A DNA stretch of 58,380 nucleotides from a virus. Its lineage: Duplodnaviria; Caudoviricetes. Positions 38,494 through 47,131 of the stretch are shown one piece after another. Under the pieces are notes generated by a model. That model did not search any database. It was not told the DNA's origin and saw only the letters and a program-made list of their open reading frames with translations. The stretch's first letter is position 1, and each line of letters starts with the position of its first letter. The position numbers were made by a program, and so were the translations under genes. The stretch lies in the IMG/VR virus record IMGVR_UViG_3300028840_000492, positions 1 to 58,380 of that record. One strand, written 5' to 3'.

Positions 38494-39067
38494 AGGCTGT
38501 TAAATAAGGTATCATATCATTCAACTTGTTGACCCTTATCGCATTTTGCGGTAGGGGTCTTCTATTATAGGGCCAATCTAAACAGAAGACTGTGTCCAGA
38601 GTTTTAGCCAGATCACACACTGTCTTATATCGATCGTCAATGAAGTGTGTCACTCCCAAATCTTCACAAACCCTACGTTTTTCCAGATGATTTTCAACCA
38701 AATACAGACTAAATGGCAGCCCCCTAAACCATTTCTCCCACCATTTCTCAGTTACATTTATTGTTGATTGGTGTCTTGCTGAGATGATCGTAATCGGAAC
38801 AGGGTTATCAAATAGAGATGCATAGTTATGAGCAAAGGTTATCGCATCTCTTACAGGCAGCATATACTGTTGATAATTTAGTATAGCCCGGGCGGTTTCC
38901 GTTCCAACATCACATGCCTCTTTGAGCTGATCACCATTCTCATACCCAAAAGAGGTTTTAGTTTCCACATTACCCACATCAATGTCAAACCTATCCAACA
39001 TATGCTTAGCCAACCAAGGATAACTCATGCATAAAACACCATCAAAATCAAGTGCTAATTTCTTCAT
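38492..39067 (-). CDS. HAD-family 5'(3')-deoxyribonucleotidase-like protein
   Basis: LALDFDGVL motif I, IISAR, FIDDR. Confidence 0.8.
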   Translation of the reverse strand: MKKLALDFDGVLCMSYPWLAKHMLDRFDIDVGNVETKTSFGYENGDQLKEACDVGTETARAILNYQQYMLPVRDAITFAHNYASLFDNPVPITIISARHQSTINVTEKWWEKWFRGLPFSLYLVENHLEKRRVCEDLGVTHFIDDRYKTVCDLAKTLDTVFCLDWPYNRRPLPQNAIRVNKLNDMIPYLTA

Positions 39068-39590
39068 CTAGTTCCTCCTCTATTCTAGTATTAGGTTTCC
39101 AGACAGGCCTATCGTCAAGAGCGTGTCTCCCTTCCGTTATAAACTGGAGCAAGAACAAAGCACAGCAAGCTGCATGAGCTACATGGGACAGCCCTGACTC
39201 TGGATCTTTATCCTTTCTTCTCCAGAATTTCCATAGGTGCGTGATAGCTGCCCTAAAAAGTCTGGAATAGTTAATGCCCTCATACCAGTTCCAGGCATCA
39301 TATTTTTTAGCGCCAAAGGCTAATACTCTAGCCACCTCGAAGAGAGCATCAGGTGGTATAAGATGTACAGGTACTTTCGTTGTGTCAAACTTCTTTCCCT
39401 GTGGTGGAGCTTCATCCCAGTAATCATCATCATGTGTTGATAACTCTTCTATAACAGGAAGCTTTTTCCTAATCTCCTCCTTCCACTCTGTTAATGCACG
39501 GTCATTTGCCTCTCTCCATCTTTCCCATTCTTCTGGTGTCTGTGGATTAATCTTCCAATCGTCTATTTCTGTGTCATCATCGTGATGCAT
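39048..39590 (-). CDS. DUF5664 dATP/dGTP diphosphohydrolase-domain protein
   Basis: GKKFD..K...LIPP..L.EVARVL.FGAKKY..WNW..G; DPESGLSHVAHAAC. Confidence 0.85.
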   Translation of the reverse strand: MHHDDDTEIDDWKINPQTPEEWERWREANDRALTEWKEEIRKKLPVIEELSTHDDDYWDEAPPQGKKFDTTKVPVHLIPPDALFEVARVLAFGAKKYDAWNWYEGINYSRLFRAAITHLWKFWRRKDKDPESGLSHVAHAACCALFLLQFITEGRHALDDRPVWKPNTRIEEELDEEIST

Positions 39591-39760
39591 ATTGTTTTCC
39601 TCCTCTTCTCTGCCATTGCTTCATCAAATAGTGCTTTCTGAAATAGTTTACAACTCTTCTTACATTTCTTTAAATCAATTCGCCTCATGCATATTGGGGT
39701 ACAGGTCTTAAACACGTTGCCTTTACCTGATGCTGTGTCTCCACAATAGAACCACATCAT
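39563..39760 (-). CDS. Small Cys-rich protein
   Basis: ATGA overlap with upstream gene; multiple Cys. Confidence 0.5.
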   Translation of the reverse strand: MMWFYCGDTASGKGNVFKTCTPICMRRIDLKKCKKSCKLFQKALFDEAMAEKRRKTICITMMTQK

Positions 39761-39981
39761 ATCGTGTACCCATTCTTTACAGATAGATTAAATTTAGCTA
39801 GCAGAAGTCCTGTAGCCATGGGCGAACTGTCATTAACTATTTCATAGAACTTGAAACCCTGTTTGATTGGTACTTTCTTGGCGCAAACGTATCTATTCAG
39901 GTCTGTATTAAACTTGGGCCACCTCTTACACCCCCTCTTAGAACACATCTCACATAGCCTATACTTATTATCATATCTCAT
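39757..39981 (-). CDS. Small Zn-finger-like protein
   Basis: CEMC...C; overlaps neighbours. Confidence 0.5.
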   Translation of the reverse strand: MRYDNKYRLCEMCSKRGCKRWPKFNTDLNRYVCAKKVPIKQGFKFYEIVNDSSPMATGLLLAKFNLSVKNGYTI

Positions 39982-40195
39982 ATTCTCCCCTTTCTACTAC
40001 GATCCATCCGACTCTCTGAGTTTCATTCAGCGCTTGGTGTATGACACCCCCAGTGAAAACGTCACGGTCGAAGGGAGAATTGACGGCTCCCACAATCCTC
40101 CCTGTCGCCTGACACCATACTAGAGTTACTAACTTATCCTCTGGAGTCTTTAGGTTTACGTAGAAATAATTATGAATTCTAGAAACAGTTCCCAT
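39971..40195 (-). CDS. Hypothetical protein
   Basis: TAATG coupling to upstream gene. Confidence 0.55.
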   Translation of the reverse strand: MGTVSRIHNYFYVNLKTPEDKLVTLVWCQATGRIVGAVNSPFDRDVFTGGVIHQALNETQRVGWIVVERGEYEI

Positions 40196-40581
40196 TACGG
40201 AGCATCTTGTCTAACATGGTACGATGAGGGCGCTGACCTCGCATTAGGTATTCTCATTCTAAAGTTAGAATAGTTACTCCAACGAGTTACAGTAGTGCTG
40301 ACCTGGGTGTTCTGGTCTACGACTTCGTAATCCACACCAGCAGCTGCCCTACCCTCAAACCATCCTGTGCCATACAGCCAAAGGTCTAGGTCATATAACA
40401 ATGAACCATCGGCCTGTGCCTCTATCGGGATAGTCATTTCATAAGCACCATCGCCATCAGTATCAAACTCTAACTGATAACTATCAACCCCACCTTGCGG
40501 ATCACATGCCAAGTAAGGTGCAGCCCACACGGGTAACGCTAACAACAACGACATCACAACGCTCATTAATAATGTTTTCAT
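40195..40581 (-). CDS. Secreted protein with DxDGDG loop (Ig/FN3-like candidate)
   Basis: Signal peptide ending VWA; DTDGDGAYE; GGAGG SD. Confidence 0.65.
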   Translation of the reverse strand: MKTLLMSVVMSLLLALPVWAAPYLACDPQGGVDSYQLEFDTDGDGAYEMTIPIEAQADGSLLYDLDLWLYGTGWFEGRAAAGVDYEVVDQNTQVSTTVTRWSNYSNFRMRIPNARSAPSSYHVRQDAP

Positions 40582-40590
40582 AATCCCTCC

Positions 40591-40794
40591 TTATAAGTCA
40601 CCTGATAATACAGGTGCTAAAAATGCTAAAAGTAAACCAATTAGAATACAAGCAACGGTAGCCTTTAAAGATATTAAACTAAATACCCATAGCATTATGC
40701 CACCAAATGCAATTAATAATGCTATTACCATTACTAATACGAGTACATCCACTTCTATGAGTAAGTCCATATTACCCCCTGCGGTAGTCTCCAA
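40591..40794 (-). CDS. Two-TM membrane protein (holin candidate)
   Basis: Two hydrophobic segments; directly downstream of the endolysin; start uncertain. Confidence 0.5.
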   Translation of the reverse strand: METTAGGNMDLLIEVDVLVLVMVIALLIAFGGIMLWVFSLISLKATVACILIGLLLAFLAPVLSGDL

Positions 40795-41129
40795 TCTATG
40801 TCAATATGTAAGAAGTTACTACCTATTCCTATTCGTTTTATTTCCGATGCGATCAGGTAGTCAACCATCCAGAATCTCGTGGCACTATCAGGACAATGCA
40901 AGTCTGCTGCCATCCCTCTCATGTGCGCTGACTGCATGCTGCCTCCGATCGTAGTATTATAACTCGGGCATCTATAACCGCTGTTTATAATAATTGGATA
41001 CCCATAATCACCTCGCATCATGTCTAAGAAATCAATCAACTCATGATCCATCTTGTCGTAATGCCTACCACATCCACAGGGGCAGGCGAATTCATCTAGC
41101 TTAAAGTATTTCCATTTATCAATTGTCAC
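40755..41129 (-). CDS. Peptidase M15-family endolysin
   Basis: YFKLDEFACPCGCG, INSGYRC..YN..IGG...SAHMRGMAADL, FLHID; GTG start at 41129 after GAGGAGG. Confidence 0.88.
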   Translation of the reverse strand: MTIDKWKYFKLDEFACPCGCGRHYDKMDHELIDFLDMMRGDYGYPIIINSGYRCPSYNTTIGGSMQSAHMRGMAADLHCPDSATRFWMVDYLIASEIKRIGIGSNFLHIDIDWRLPQGVIWTYS

Positions 41130-41730
41130 ACAGCACCACCTCCTCAAAATCTTTATCAAATATAATAGTAACATAGTCTATAATACGATTGTCTCTTGGA
41201 TTGTATAGTGTAATACCTAATGTACCATGTCTGATACGTGGTATCTGGACATTAGCATGGTATAAAGTTAACTCCCTAAGTATCTCATAGGTTTTATTAT
41301 CCATGTCAATCCATGCAACACCTACTTTCAATCCCTCCTGCCAGCAACTACCAACCTTAATACCTAGAAGTCCTGTTCGGTAGTAACCTTCGGCTTTATT
41401 GTAGCAAGTACCATCCTCGTTAGCGGGCCATGTAGATATGATGTGAGTTACCATCTCGTCAGGATGGTCAGGCCCAGTTGCTAGAATTAACTTCACGCAT
41501 GTATCAGCCTTCCCATCTCCGTCCCAATCCTCAATGGATACCCTAACTCCTAGTCCTAAGCTGGCAACTCCGATGCAATGTTTATGCCCTCGGTGTGTAC
41601 CATGTACTAGATCTACAGGTTCAGGACTTAGCCCAAAGGCTTTGCCTGTGCATGTGGATGTAAATGAGGCTGCACCCACTATTAAAAATATTAAAAATGC
41701 GAATAATATATAAGTTAAACGTTTGTTCAT
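41119..41730 (-). CDS. Secreted or membrane-anchored protein with DxDGDG loop
   Basis: N-terminal TM/signal; DWDGDGKAD. Confidence 0.6.
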   Translation of the reverse strand: MNKRLTYILFAFLIFLIVGAASFTSTCTGKAFGLSPEPVDLVHGTHRGHKHCIGVASLGLGVRVSIEDWDGDGKADTCVKLILATGPDHPDEMVTHIISTWPANEDGTCYNKAEGYYRTGLLGIKVGSCWQEGLKVGVAWIDMDNKTYEILRELTLYHANVQIPRIRHGTLGITLYNPRDNRIIDYVTIIFDKDFEEVVLCDN

Positions 41731-42185
41731 TTACCTACCTCCTCTAACCATGCCTGCTCAATGAGCTGCTCAGTCCATTTAAAATTCTTTTGCTCAGCCC
41801 ATTTGTCATAGGTCGTAGGGCTTCCCTTACGTATCTTATTCGCTATCCTCTCAAACACCAACCTCAAATCATACTGAGGATTACACTTACGAACCGCCAA
41901 GAGCTTTCGCCTGATCTCATTAGTCATCTTGCCCTTGTACTCTATGTACATGTTATGTTCAGGTAGCCAGAAATCTGGTGTATATTTCTGTGGCTCATAC
42001 TGGTACACCCAGGTCTCGGGTTCGTACTTCCAAACAATTCCCTTTTGTGTTAGGTCAGCAGCGAACCTGACCTCACCCATGGACTTCATTCCACACTCCT
42101 TTGCCATGCTCTTAGCTGTTCGGGAATTCCTCTGCTTCGGGTTCAGCTTCTCCCACGCCCTCCATACTGTTATTGGTTTTTTCAT
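41727..42185 (-). CDS. T7 endonuclease I-like Holliday junction resolvase
   Basis: KSMGEVRFA, YEP, YTPDFWL, IEYKG, LRLVF, TTYDKWAE; start moved to ATG 42185. Confidence 0.85.
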   Translation of the reverse strand: MKKPITVWRAWEKLNPKQRNSRTAKSMAKECGMKSMGEVRFAADLTQKGIVWKYEPETWVYQYEPQKYTPDFWLPEHNMYIEYKGKMTNEIRRKLLAVRKCNPQYDLRLVFERIANKIRKGSPTTYDKWAEQKNFKWTEQLIEQAWLEEVGK

Positions 42186-42453
42186 ATTCGTAGCCCACCT
42201 CCCTTGCACACCATTTTTCAAACCCTCTATCAAATTTTCTATAACAACCAGGGCTACAAAAAGCAGCACCAAAGTTTATAGAATAGATTGTTGTTCCAAA
42301 CTTCTTACACTGAGCACAGGGATGCTGCATTGTTCTACCATCCCCAGTTGTATCAAACTTCCATCGTCTGTAGCTTATTAGATCAACAAATTCATCTAAC
42401 AATCTTCCAGACGCATACTGCTGAGTACATTGCCATAGTGGAAACTCATTCAT
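42112..42453 (-). CDS. Hypothetical Zn-binding protein
   Basis: CAQC...FCSPGC (TRASH-like spacing); TAATG coupling. Confidence 0.55.
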   Translation of the reverse strand: MNEFPLWQCTQQYASGRLLDEFVDLISYRRWKFDTTGDGRTMQHPCAQCKKFGTTIYSINFGAAFCSPGCYRKFDRGFEKWCAREVGYEYEKTNNSMEGVGEAEPEAEEFPNS

Positions 42454-43418
42454 TACACTACCTCCTTCAGTGGAATAAGATCATTCAGTGTATTCTTACT
42501 GAGCTTTGACATATAGGTTCTAAAGTAATGACAATGATCTGCAGTCTTACACCAATCCTCACACCTAGTTCTCTTAGCATATCTAATTTCTAAGTATCCT
42601 TTTGATATGTCTATTCCCTTTGCATCTTTAGCGCAGGCAATAGCCTCTCCCTTATGCTCGAACACCCTATAAGCACGACCAGAATCCTTAGACTTTAAGA
42701 CAGCGTATTTAACCCTGGCCCCATCAGAGAATCTTTCCCATCGTTCCTCACGAGTACACTCAGGCAGGTCATCATCTTCAACCTGTTCATTATCAACCAT
42801 TAACTGTACTCTTTCTCTCAGGAAATTCTCTGTATCTTCGAGCGTCCACATTGGTAAGGAGTACGCTACCACAGGGGCTTGAGGATAGGTGCTGGATCGT
42901 AAGGAGTTGCCCTCTTGCCAATCCTTATAGAAGCATAAGATGTTTAGGCTCTCCACATTGATGCCTCGTACAGCTAGTATGTATCTGTAAATGTTCTGCT
43001 GCTGCACCCATTCGGTAAGCTCAGGGTCAAAGACTATCTTCCAGGTCTTAGCAGTTTTAATATCCCACAGTTCCTTCTGATCATATAGAATATCAAATCT
43101 ACCAGTGATCAGTCTGCCCAGTACATCCAAAGAGATTGTGCGCTCACACATATATTTCTTGTCAAAGAAAGACATCGTCTTTAAGTTTTTCTCTGCCCTA
43201 TCATGTATCCCACTACCCATGAACGCAGCGATCTGCGACTTGACTGTAGGCACTACAAGATGTCCGTATCTCTTTTCTAGATGTACTATCCTAGGCGGAT
43301 TCAATAAGGTTGTTACTGAATAGTCACCCATGGAATGATAATGCTGACGCTCAACTTCTAATATATCTTTTAGTATTTTAATATTCTCCATTAAATCCTC
43401 CTTGCTTTTTGTTCCCAT
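42453..43418 (-). CDS. PD-(D/E)XK exonuclease, Cas4/RecB-like
   Basis: GSGIH, ITGRFD, DIKT, QQNIY, C-terminal RCEDWC....HC. Confidence 0.8.
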   Translation of the reverse strand: MGTKSKEDLMENIKILKDILEVERQHYHSMGDYSVTTLLNPPRIVHLEKRYGHLVVPTVKSQIAAFMGSGIHDRAEKNLKTMSFFDKKYMCERTISLDVLGRLITGRFDILYDQKELWDIKTAKTWKIVFDPELTEWVQQQNIYRYILAVRGINVESLNILCFYKDWQEGNSLRSSTYPQAPVVAYSLPMWTLEDTENFLRERVQLMVDNEQVEDDDLPECTREERWERFSDGARVKYAVLKSKDSGRAYRVFEHKGEAIACAKDAKGIDISKGYLEIRYAKRTRCEDWCKTADHCHYFRTYMSKLSKNTLNDLIPLKEVV

Positions 43419-43648
43419 GTTGGGATGTCAATCAATGAAAGATATATTTTACTAACATGGGACGCCTTATTGTATTCCAATATTATACCATAAATAATAT
43501 CTAGCAAGTCAGATGTATACTGATCTCCCTCTTCCCGTGCTAAATAATCTCTATGGTCTGCTGGTCCGAATAAAGTATCTAGTATCATTTCAGATTGATT
43601 CACAGTCAAAATCCCCCTTTGTTTTGAAGTAGTATAGCGTAGTATCAA
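43391..43648 (-). CDS. Hypothetical protein
   Basis: Fills the operon gap; start uncertain. Confidence 0.4.
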   Translation of the reverse strand: MILRYTTSKQRGILTVNQSEMILDTLFGPADHRDYLAREEGDQYTSDLLDIIYGIILEYNKASHVSKIYLSLIDIPTWEQKARRI

Positions 43649-43961
43649 CTAAACTCTCAGCCATATCTTCTTTAGCTTGATTATTATAGTACATTACATC
43701 TTCCTCTCTCACTTTCTCAACCTCAATACCAAGTCTTTTTGCTTCAGCGATTGCTCTCTTGTAGTGCTCCTCGAACCACCAATCTGTGTTTATAAAATAC
43801 TTAACATCATGCGGGTCAAAGGGAATCCTAAATGGCATACCACCCTCACCAACACTCTTAAATAGATTGGGTTCCAGATAACCTACAATGCGATAACAAT
43901 CTCCGTTCCGTTGCCAATAAGGGCAGTCTTTACATTTCATTTTACCTCGCTGTTGGTACAA
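43590..43961 (-). CDS. Hypothetical protein with N-terminal Cys cluster
   Basis: CKDCPYW....C. Confidence 0.55.
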   Translation of the reverse strand: MYQQRGKMKCKDCPYWQRNGDCYRIVGYLEPNLFKSVGEGGMPFRIPFDPHDVKYFINTDWWFEEHYKRAIAEAKRLGIEVEKVREEDVMYYNNQAKEDMAESLVDTTLYYFKTKGDFDCESI

Positions 43962-44850
43962 CTAGCGTCTTAGATTTGGACTCAGAGACATCGCTATGCC
44001 GACTCCTGCCGACTGCTCCGCACTCGCACCTGAACGCTCTGTATTTACCCGAGTTCGTATAATAATATCCCTGCCAATTTAAATTGTCAGAGCCACAGTT
44101 CGGGCAAACTGTTTTGTCTGTGTCAATGTATAATCCCATATTGGGATGCGACTTAATCCACGGTCTCAACTTGGTATAGAGTTCCTCTAGTACAACTACA
44201 TCCTGCATACAGTACTCTGTTAGTTCTGCCAGAGCATTGCTATCCCCTGTTACCGAGCGCTTCCATAAGCTAAAGTTTGATTCACCTTTTCTAGCAATGT
44301 TCAAGAACGCTGCTAAAGAATCTAACTTATGGCTGGATGCTGCAAAGAATTTCTGAGCCTGCTTCAACGTATCCACAACTTGATACGGCTTAGGCGGAGG
44401 GAGATGTGCCTTTAAAAATCTAAGATTCATCTTCCTAACATCAAACTTGGCAGCGTTATGCGCTATCACTATGTCAGCCTCGTCCATTAAACTCCACATA
44501 GATTCCAGAATGGATGTATCATTTCTTTCAGTAGCCTCTGCTGTCGTAACTGTAGCGTGGTACACTCTAGAATCATACAGCCACTTAGCAGCCCAACATA
44601 ATACACTCCAATCTTTTACAATATTCTGTTCATGGATAGGACCTTTCTGAAACAAAGACCAAATATAACACTCCATTGGTGCGGTTTCAACATCAAATAG
44701 TAGAATCCGAGGCATCCCAGTAGCCTCACGAGCTTCTTGCCTAGCCCGTCTTACCGTCCGTCTAGACACCCCCAATGCGTCAGCAATCACAGCTGTCTGT
44801 TCATTAGGGTGGTCTCTGAGATATTCTTTTACCTGTTCTTTTTTATCCAT
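43942..44850 (-). CDS. HTH plus DnaQ/RNase H-like 3'-5' exonuclease with Zn ribbon
   Basis: IADALGVSRRTVRR; LFDVET, AHNAAKFD, YCMQDV; CPNC..CEC. Confidence 0.85.
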   Translation of the reverse strand: MDKKEQVKEYLRDHPNEQTAVIADALGVSRRTVRRARQEAREATGMPRILLFDVETAPMECYIWSLFQKGPIHEQNIVKDWSVLCWAAKWLYDSRVYHATVTTAEATERNDTSILESMWSLMDEADIVIAHNAAKFDVRKMNLRFLKAHLPPPKPYQVVDTLKQAQKFFAASSHKLDSLAAFLNIARKGESNFSLWKRSVTGDSNALAELTEYCMQDVVVLEELYTKLRPWIKSHPNMGLYIDTDKTVCPNCGSDNLNWQGYYYTNSGKYRAFRCECGAVGRSRHSDVSESKSKTLVVPTAR

Positions 44851-44863
44851 AAATTCACCGCCT

Positions 44864-45073
44864 TTACTTTTTAGTGTCTATCTCTCTCCAACTTACTCTG
44901 TAGCTTCTTTTACGTGCATAATATGGACATGCGCCTCGATTTAATTTTCTAGGATCTTTATGCCCATGTACAAAGTCTGTATATGGTGCTTGTGGGCAAC
45001 CACAGAACTCAATATTGTGATCATCTCCACTAAAGAATCGGCAATTAAGACATACTGTTACATCATGATCCAT
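44864..45073 (-). CDS. Small Cys-rich protein
   Basis: AGGAG SD; CLNCRFF...C.CP...C. Confidence 0.6.
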   Translation of the reverse strand: MDHDVTVCLNCRFFSGDDHNIEFCGCPQAPYTDFVHGHKDPRKLNRGACPYYARKRSYRVSWREIDTKK

Positions 45074-45086
45074 AATTTAATCTCCT

Positions 45087-45296
45087 TTACTTAGCATCTG
45101 TTATTGACTGCAGTTTTTTTATTAAACATTTTAAACACAGATCATGATTCCCGTGCTCCTCTTCCTGCATCGTGTCAGGTACAGAGGGCCAGTAGATTAC
45201 CCGTACCTTAATCGTATAATCTTTTGGGTAAAACATACCTCTAGGGTATTTAATCTTAACGCCACAGTCATCACATGTTACAAGTTTTTTCAGCAT
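45087..45296 (-). CDS. Small Zn-binding protein
   Basis: AGGAGG SD; TCDDC...DLCLKC. Confidence 0.65.
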   Translation of the reverse strand: MLKKLVTCDDCGVKIKYPRGMFYPKDYTIKVRVIYWPSVPDTMQEEEHGNHDLCLKCLIKKLQSITDAK

Positions 45297-45314
45297 ATAT
45301 CCTCCTTATAGATT

Positions 45315-45538
45315 CGAGTTCTACACTTGGCCCCTCCCATCCACTTTCTTCTCGAACGCTCTCGCCAACATCGCAGTTTCGGATCCTCGAACTCGTCATC
45401 CTATAGCATATCTTGAAGTTATCATTCTATGTCCGTCAGGAAACTCTACCAGAACAGAGTTTTTTGTGCCGACCGAAAGCACAATGAGGTGCATGCCTTT
45501 ATATTTTGCTCTGGTAGAGTTGTTCCCCCACCTATAGG
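45315..45538. other. Structured non-coding element (candidate ncRNA or cis-acting hairpin)
   Basis: Long stem 45442-45456/45507-45521, inner stem 45464-45469/45479-45484, further stem 45315-45321/45389-45395. Confidence 0.5.
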
Positions 45539-46102
45539 TTAGTCCTCCATTTCGGGAGGGTCCAGCGCATCCTCGAATGGGGTCACACCATCATGGATAT
45601 ATTTGTAGGCTTCCTCAGCTATCCTGTACAGCTCCCCCTCGGATACAACTTGATCAGCTTTCTTAGCAGCAAACTGAGAGTTGTGTTTCAATAGATCTAA
45701 TGCTAAGTAGATAGCTGCTGACCTATCATATGCCTCAGCGGTACGACCTTTCCATTCATAGGATGACGCCTTCCCCACGGCCCCACTACCTCCCTCTTTA
45801 GGCGTATAGTTTGTCTTAGCAGGAGCATCTCCCCTTGCTTTAGTAATATCTGTCGCAGTGGCTGGTGAAATGTTAGATACATTCCAGTAGTTACCCTTCT
45901 TAACCATGGCTACATTCAGTATTTCACCAACGCCAGTATTGGTGAGCACCTCAGACATCTCAGTGGTCTTGTCCTTGTTCTTCTGGTTAGCAAAGATCTT
46001 TTTAGACCAAGGCTCACCTGTTTTAATATCTGTACCTTCAATTAAGATTGCATCCTTGCTTCCAAGTTGGTCTGGTGTTGCGCTGCTGAATTTAATAATC
46101 AT
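45539..46102 (-). CDS. Putative single-stranded DNA-binding protein
   Basis: OB-fold-like N-terminus (KKGNYWNVSNI), flexible linker, acidic tail EDALDPPEMED; replication context. Confidence 0.5.
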   Translation of the reverse strand: MIIKFSSATPDQLGSKDAILIEGTDIKTGEPWSKKIFANQKNKDKTTEMSEVLTNTGVGEILNVAMVKKGNYWNVSNISPATATDITKARGDAPAKTNYTPKEGGSGAVGKASSYEWKGRTAEAYDRSAAIYLALDLLKHNSQFAAKKADQVVSEGELYRIAEEAYKYIHDGVTPFEDALDPPEMED

Positions 46103-46114
46103 AATATAATCTCC

Positions 46115-46279
46115 TTAGTTATATTTATTTAAACACTCTTTACAAATGTAAGTACCATCAGGCTGTATCTCCAGATTCTCTCGGAAGTTAGCCTCTTTAC
46201 ATACCGAACAAGATTCATCAGAACCAGTATCATATATGTCATCTAGATATTCCTCAGTATCAAATGTGTTTATATGCAT
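46115..46279 (-). CDS. Small Zn-finger protein (54 aa, not in ORF track)
   Basis: AGGAGG SD; MHINTFDTEEY...CSVC...ICKECLNKYN. Confidence 0.6.
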   Translation of the reverse strand: MHINTFDTEEYLDDIYDTGSDESCSVCKEANFRENLEIQPDGTYICKECLNKYN

Positions 46280-46288
46280 GTCCACCTC

Positions 46289-46681
46289 CTATCTAATATC
46301 TTCACGGCGATCAACGCCGTCAGTACCTACGTTACCACCAGACATTGAAGCTCCAGAAACTCCACCATCATCAGGATCTCCAATGGTTCCAGGTGTATGA
46401 ATCCCTCCACCACCGTCTCCGTCATCACCATCTCCAGGAGGAGTCGGAGGATCTACAGGTCCGTGTATACCACGCCCGCCAGCGTTACCATTATCAGAAT
46501 CATTACCCTGATTCCCTGGTCCTGTGTTTCCAGGAGGCCCATTACCATCAGGTCCATTACCAATACCACTGTTACCACCACCATGTCCATGACCATTACC
46601 CATCCCAGGCCCCTTAGCGTAGCATACTGTTACCGTCAATGCCATAATCATAATTGCAAGGCTCATAAATAGTTTTTTCAT
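46289..46681 (-). CDS. Secreted Gly/Asn/Asp/Pro-rich low-complexity protein
   Basis: Signal peptide then repeated GNG/GPG units; AGGAG SD. Confidence 0.7.
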   Translation of the reverse strand: MKKLFMSLAIMIMALTVTVCYAKGPGMGNGHGHGGGNSGIGNGPDGNGPPGNTGPGNQGNDSDNGNAGGRGIHGPVDPPTPPGDGDDGDGGGGIHTPGTIGDPDDGGVSGASMSGGNVGTDGVDRREDIR

Positions 46682-46709
46682 AGTTAATCTCCTTTTGTTT
46701 TTGCATAGA

Positions 46710-46922
46710 TTATTTATGCAATTTGGACTTTAATTTAAACTCTAGTGTATCCCAGTGCTCGTTTACTAATATCGGACCCACCTCCCTTCGATACCTATCA
46801 GCCAGTTCTAATCGTTTCTTATAGCGTGAACCCTTACCCTTGCAGGCGCTGTGGATTACAGCGACAAGGCACAGCATCAAAGCTGCAAGGATAAGGTTGA
46901 GTATGACCATCCAATCTATCAT
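46710..46922 (-). CDS. Small single-TM protein
   Basis: N-terminal TM and basic tail; ATGA overlap. Confidence 0.55.
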   Translation of the reverse strand: MIDWMVILNLILAALMLCLVAVIHSACKGKGSRYKKRLELADRYRREVGPILVNEHWDTLEFKLKSKLHK

Positions 46923-47131
46923 GCTGTCTCACCTCTGTACTTATAAGCACCAGCATTGTACACAGAGTCAGGTCTAATTAATGTAGTGCGGTACATATAA
47001 CACCGTGGGCAATGTCCACCAACTGCCCTCTTACCGCTAGGAAGTGTTGCCCCATTATGAGTATCATCAGCCATGTACCATACCTGTCCACATCCACCGC
47101 ACGTAACTTTAGTCATAAGTTTAAATCTCAT
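46919..47131 (-). CDS. Small Zn-ribbon protein
   Basis: CGGC...CPRC. Confidence 0.6.
   Translation of the reverse strand: MRFKLMTKVTCGGCGQVWYMADDTHNGATLPSGKRAVGGHCPRCYMYRTTLIRPDSVYNAGAYKYRGETA

Noticed and set aside
39048-39590. Z-genome (2-aminoadenine) pathway
   Set aside because: No PurZ/PurA-like gene in the window
42453-43418. Cas4 as part of a CRISPR system
   Set aside because: No other cas genes or repeat-spacer array; stand-alone Cas4-like exonucleases are common in phages
45297-45538. tRNA gene or Y RNA partner of RtcB
   Set aside because: No cloverleaf with proper arm spacing and no Ro-binding stem consensus recognised
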